Source: a virus (lineage: Duplodnaviria > Caudoviricetes). Taken from it: 64,000 bases of DNA. The position numbers were made by a program, and so were the translations under genes. Where the stretch lies: IMG/VR virus record IMGVR_UViG_3300021399_000108, positions 99,521 through 163,520 of that record; one strand, written 5' to 3'. Each line of letters starts with the position of its first letter. Positions within the stretch are counted from its first letter, which is position 1. The notes beneath the pieces were generated by a model. It was not told the origin of the DNA, searched no databases, and worked only from the letters and a program-made list of their open reading frames with translations. Below, piece after piece: positions 61,507 to 64,000 of this stretch.

Positions 61507-61543
61507 AAGAAAAGAACCGCTCTCAGCGGTTCTTTTCTTTTTT
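61507..61543 (+). terminator. Intrinsic terminator
   Basis: AAGAAAAGAACCGCT-CTC-AGCGGTTCTTTTCTT followed by a T-run. Confidence 0.85.
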
Positions 61544-61644
61544 AAAAAAATTAGATGTTAAACATCTAAAATGTATTCTTGACATTTCCTTATCTATATG
61601 ATATATTATACTTGTCCCAAAGGGATAGAAAGGAAGTAATCACT

Positions 61645-62115
61645 ATGACGAATGAAGTTATTAAAGCAATGCAGAGCAAGAATAGAAAAGAACATAAAAT
61701 TCGCAAGTGGTGGAATAAAAATAGCTATAAGATTCTTCGCGTAATTCTATTCCCGCTCTGGATTGGTAGTATACTGTTTGAAAAAATTCATGCATGGCTT
61801 AACAGCAAAGAAGCATGGAGCGAAAAACGTGCAAACGAAATTCTAAACTATTACATTCCTCGTCGTTCTCATTGGGACGCCGAAAATAAAAGTTTTGACT
61901 TCTTTGATAATGGTATGGGTTGGAATATCAAACTTGCAAAAAAATATTTGAAATTAAAAGACCGTAGATTCTGGAAAGTTCATTGTGCTTGGTGGGGTGG
62001 GAAAATGCGGAGTTTTCTTATGGACAAATTTGAACTTGAAGGCTTTACAAAAGAACTTGGTAATTGTTCCGAAGGATGGACAGAAGTTTTTTTCATACTA
62101 AACGAAAAGGAGTGA
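61645..62115 (+). CDS. Trp-rich protein with one transmembrane segment
   Basis: ILRVILFPLWIGSILF; SD AAAGGA. Confidence 0.75.
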   Translation: MTNEVIKAMQSKNRKEHKIRKWWNKNSYKILRVILFPLWIGSILFEKIHAWLNSKEAWSEKRANEILNYYIPRRSHWDAENKSFDFFDNGMGWNIKLAKKYLKLKDRRFWKVHCAWWGGKMRSFLMDKFELEGFTKELGNCSEGWTEVFFILNEKE

Positions 62116-62277
62116 ACAAGTCCATCATACACTACAATATAATTGTTAAAGGCGACTAACTCGCCTTAATATATTAGATGTTAAACATCTAAAATATTCT
62201 CTTGACATTTCAAAATAATATGTTATACTATCTATGAAAGGTGAAGGAAAACACCATAAACCGGAAAGGGCAAGGGC

Positions 62278-62769
62278 ATGAAATCTAACTATAAAATTCG
62301 CGCGCAAAAATTCATCCCTGTTATTGATGAAATTATTTATAATCATTGCAATATTGAATTGGAAATCAAACGTTTTAATGAAAAGCATAACCGTAGAGTT
62401 ATTTTTGAATATGGCTCGACACGTTATGCGTTTATTACATCTGATTATGTTATTAAAATGGATTATGATGATGGTGAAATTGAACGTTTCGGTGGTTGTG
62501 AAGATGAAATGGAACTATACGCGTCCGCCGTAGAAGATGGCATGGAATATCTTTTCGCAGAAATCACAAAATATGAATATAACGGGCATAATTATTACAT
62601 TATGCCCCGCATTAAAGGAATTGGCAGAACTTATGACAATGCAGAAGATTATATGACCGATAAAGAATTTATCTGGTGCAATGCTCACAAATTAACAGAC
62701 TTACATTATTTGAATTATGGTTGGAGAAATCGGCATATCTGTATTATAGATTATAGCGCTCGTGATTGA
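62278..62769 (+). CDS. Minimal protein-kinase-fold protein
   Basis: GSTR, YVIK, alphaC-like E, IMPRI, DLHYLNYG, IIDY. Confidence 0.7.
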   Translation: MKSNYKIRAQKFIPVIDEIIYNHCNIELEIKRFNEKHNRRVIFEYGSTRYAFITSDYVIKMDYDDGEIERFGGCEDEMELYASAVEDGMEYLFAEITKYEYNGHNYYIMPRIKGIGRTYDNAEDYMTDKEFIWCNAHKLTDLHYLNYGWRNRHICIIDYSARD

Positions 62770-62906
62770 GCGCTTTTAATTTAGATGTTAAACATCTAAA
62801 AAATATTTGGCAGCATTTAAAAAAAGTTGTTGACAAATCTTCTTTTCCGTGGTATTATGTTTACGTAAAGAGGAAGGAAACCTCACAAACCGGAAAGGAA
62901 ACTAAA

Positions 62907-63656
62907 ATGAGCAGAATTGTACTGGATACCGAAACCGCCGGAAGTCTGAACAAGCCCTTTGCGTATGATGTTAGCTATAAGGTTATTGGTGATGATGGAG
63001 ACAGCCTTGCGGAAAAGCATTTTGTGGTTGAACAGGCATGGCATAATCTCCCCCTGTTTGAAAGTGCTTACTATAAAGAAAAGCGCCCTAAGTATGTAGC
63101 ACTCATGCGGGCACGTAAAGCAGAAATGAAAAAATACGGCCATATTATGCAGGAATTGAAAAGAGACATCAAAAAATATGATGTAAAAGCCGTTTATGCT
63201 TACAACAGTGATTTTGATGATAATGTCATTACCTTTAATTGTGATTGGTATAAATGCGAAAATCCTCTTGATAATGTTCCCGTATTTGATATTATGGGCT
63301 ATGCAGGACAATTCATCACTAACACGCCGGAATATAAAGCTTTTTGTGAACAGCATAGTTTCTTTACCGAATCAGGAAATTATAGTCAAACAGCAGAAAC
63401 AGTTTTCCGTTATATTACGGGCAATGTTGATTTTGAAGAAGCACACATGGGCTTGATGGATTGTAACATTGAAACAGAGATTTTGCTCACTTGCTTTAAT
63501 GAAGGCGCCGTTCCTGAAACCGAATATCAGAAAGTCCGGGTTCTTGAAAGACCGCATAAAACCCCGTACATGATTAAAATTAATGGGAAAGTATTTTATC
63601 AGGGCGAATATCTGAAAAAGACACAGCGTAATAATGTATGGTACTTCACTGAGTGA
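62907..63656 (+). CDS. DEDDh (DnaQ-like) 3'-5' exonuclease, paralog of 56826-57506
   Basis: VLDTET, AYNSDFD, HMGLMD; shared TAExxxRxIT motif. Confidence 0.9.
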   Translation: MSRIVLDTETAGSLNKPFAYDVSYKVIGDDGDSLAEKHFVVEQAWHNLPLFESAYYKEKRPKYVALMRARKAEMKKYGHIMQELKRDIKKYDVKAVYAYNSDFDDNVITFNCDWYKCENPLDNVPVFDIMGYAGQFITNTPEYKAFCEQHSFFTESGNYSQTAETVFRYITGNVDFEEAHMGLMDCNIETEILLTCFNEGAVPETEYQKVRVLERPHKTPYMIKINGKVFYQGEYLKKTQRNNVWYFTE

Positions 63657-63782
63657 AGTACCTTTTATATTAAATTATATTTAGATGTTAAACATCTAAA
63701 AATTATTTACTTAATATAAAAATAATTGTTGACTTTTCTTAAATTATATAGTATAATAATTATGAAAGTGAGGGATGACGTG

Positions 63783-63926
63783 ATGAAAGTGATTGGCAGT
63801 CTCGCAATTTTATTTTCAAGTTGGGGCCTGATTTGGGGAATATTTGATAGAAAGTTTCTTCCCTTAACACTTATTGGTATTGCGCTTTCTGGTTTATATT
63901 TTTATGGTATGAAAGGAGAACATTAA
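63783..63926 (+). CDS. Small membrane protein
   Basis: Two hydrophobic segments; own promoter. Confidence 0.6.
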   Translation: MKVIGSLAILFSSWGLIWGIFDRKFLPLTLIGIALSGLYFYGMKGEH

Positions 63927-63927
63927 A

Positions 63928-64000
63928 ATGACTTTTGTTATGACAAGAACAAGCGATTCTACTCCTCAGATAAAAACTTTTGATACTATTCAAGACCTTA
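63928..64000 (+). CDS. Partial ORF running off the window
   Basis: SD AAAGGAG, ATG 63928, open to the window end. Confidence 0.55.
   Translation, partial: MTFVMTRTSDSTPQIKTFDTIQDL

Larger units (their letters stand above)
52544..63699. repeat. Dispersed 19-bp palindrome TTAGATGTTWAACATCTAA, 22 copies plus one decayed copy
   Basis: Starts at 52544, 53008, 53429, 53871, 54258, 54834, 55167, 55453, 55791, 56275, 56700, 57520, 58099, 58711, 59305, 60010, 60505, 60775, 61551, 62174, 62781, 63681; decayed copy at 56136. All intergenic and upstream of a TTGAC(A/T) -35. Confidence 0.97.

Noticed and set aside
53098-63557. Minus-strand ORFs and upstream extensions in the early region (e.g. 53893-54408, starts at 56748 and 62766)
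   Set aside because: They cross promoters and palindromes (the recurring LDVKHL is the translated palindrome); real starts follow the SD sites.
52544-63699. Palindrome repeats as a CRISPR array
   Set aside because: Intervals are long and irregular and contain promoters and genes; no cas genes seen.
52544-63699. Classical integron
   Set aside because: No integrase in the window, the repeat is far shorter than attC, and cassettes carry their own promoters; kept only as an analogy.
1-64000. TGA recoding (code 4 or 25)
   Set aside because: TGA ends several genes exactly at overlaps with the next start (145, 4234, 5763, 48978).
1-64000. Suppressor tRNA or release factor gene
   Set aside because: None recognised by eye; needs tRNAscan-SE/ARAGORN on the full genome, so absence is not established.

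Overview
AT-rich segment of a large long-tailed (siphovirus-like) dsDNA phage. The host is probably an anaerobic Firmicute, judged from sigmaA promoters with extended -10, strong SD sequences, class III RNR and HrcA/CtsR operators. Three blocks: (1) 1-8256 (+), nucleotide metabolism and recombination genes (NrdH-like redoxin, NrdD, NrdG, ferredoxin:thioredoxin-reductase-like protein, GIY-YIG protein, dUTPase, RuvC); (2) 8297-51183 (-), the virion morphogenesis region (terminase, portal, protease/scaffold, capsid, neck, tail tube, a ~5,384-aa tape measure, Dit- and Tal-like proteins); (3) 52.5-64 kb (+), about 22 self-contained early cassettes, each starting with the palindrome TTAGATGTTWAACATCTAA. 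The ORF track is fragmented because TAG is a sense codon in most of blocks 1-2; reading through TAG gives tightly abutting full-length genes ending in TAA/TGA. Many TAGs sit at Glu positions, including the RuvC catalytic Glu and an internal GIKE paralog motif, which suggests TAG=Glu or Glu/Gln rather than the usual phage TAG=Gln. Other highlights: a compact block of host stress-regulator operators (2 perfect CIRCE, 2 CtsR boxes, WalR-like boxes) at 52.33-52.66 kb, and a covarying AAGGA-loop leader hairpin before 10 early genes. No tRNA, release factor, CRISPR array or integrase was recognised by eye. Family assignments come from motif recognition, not database searches, and the longest read-through genes were checked mainly by frame consistency of their fragments.
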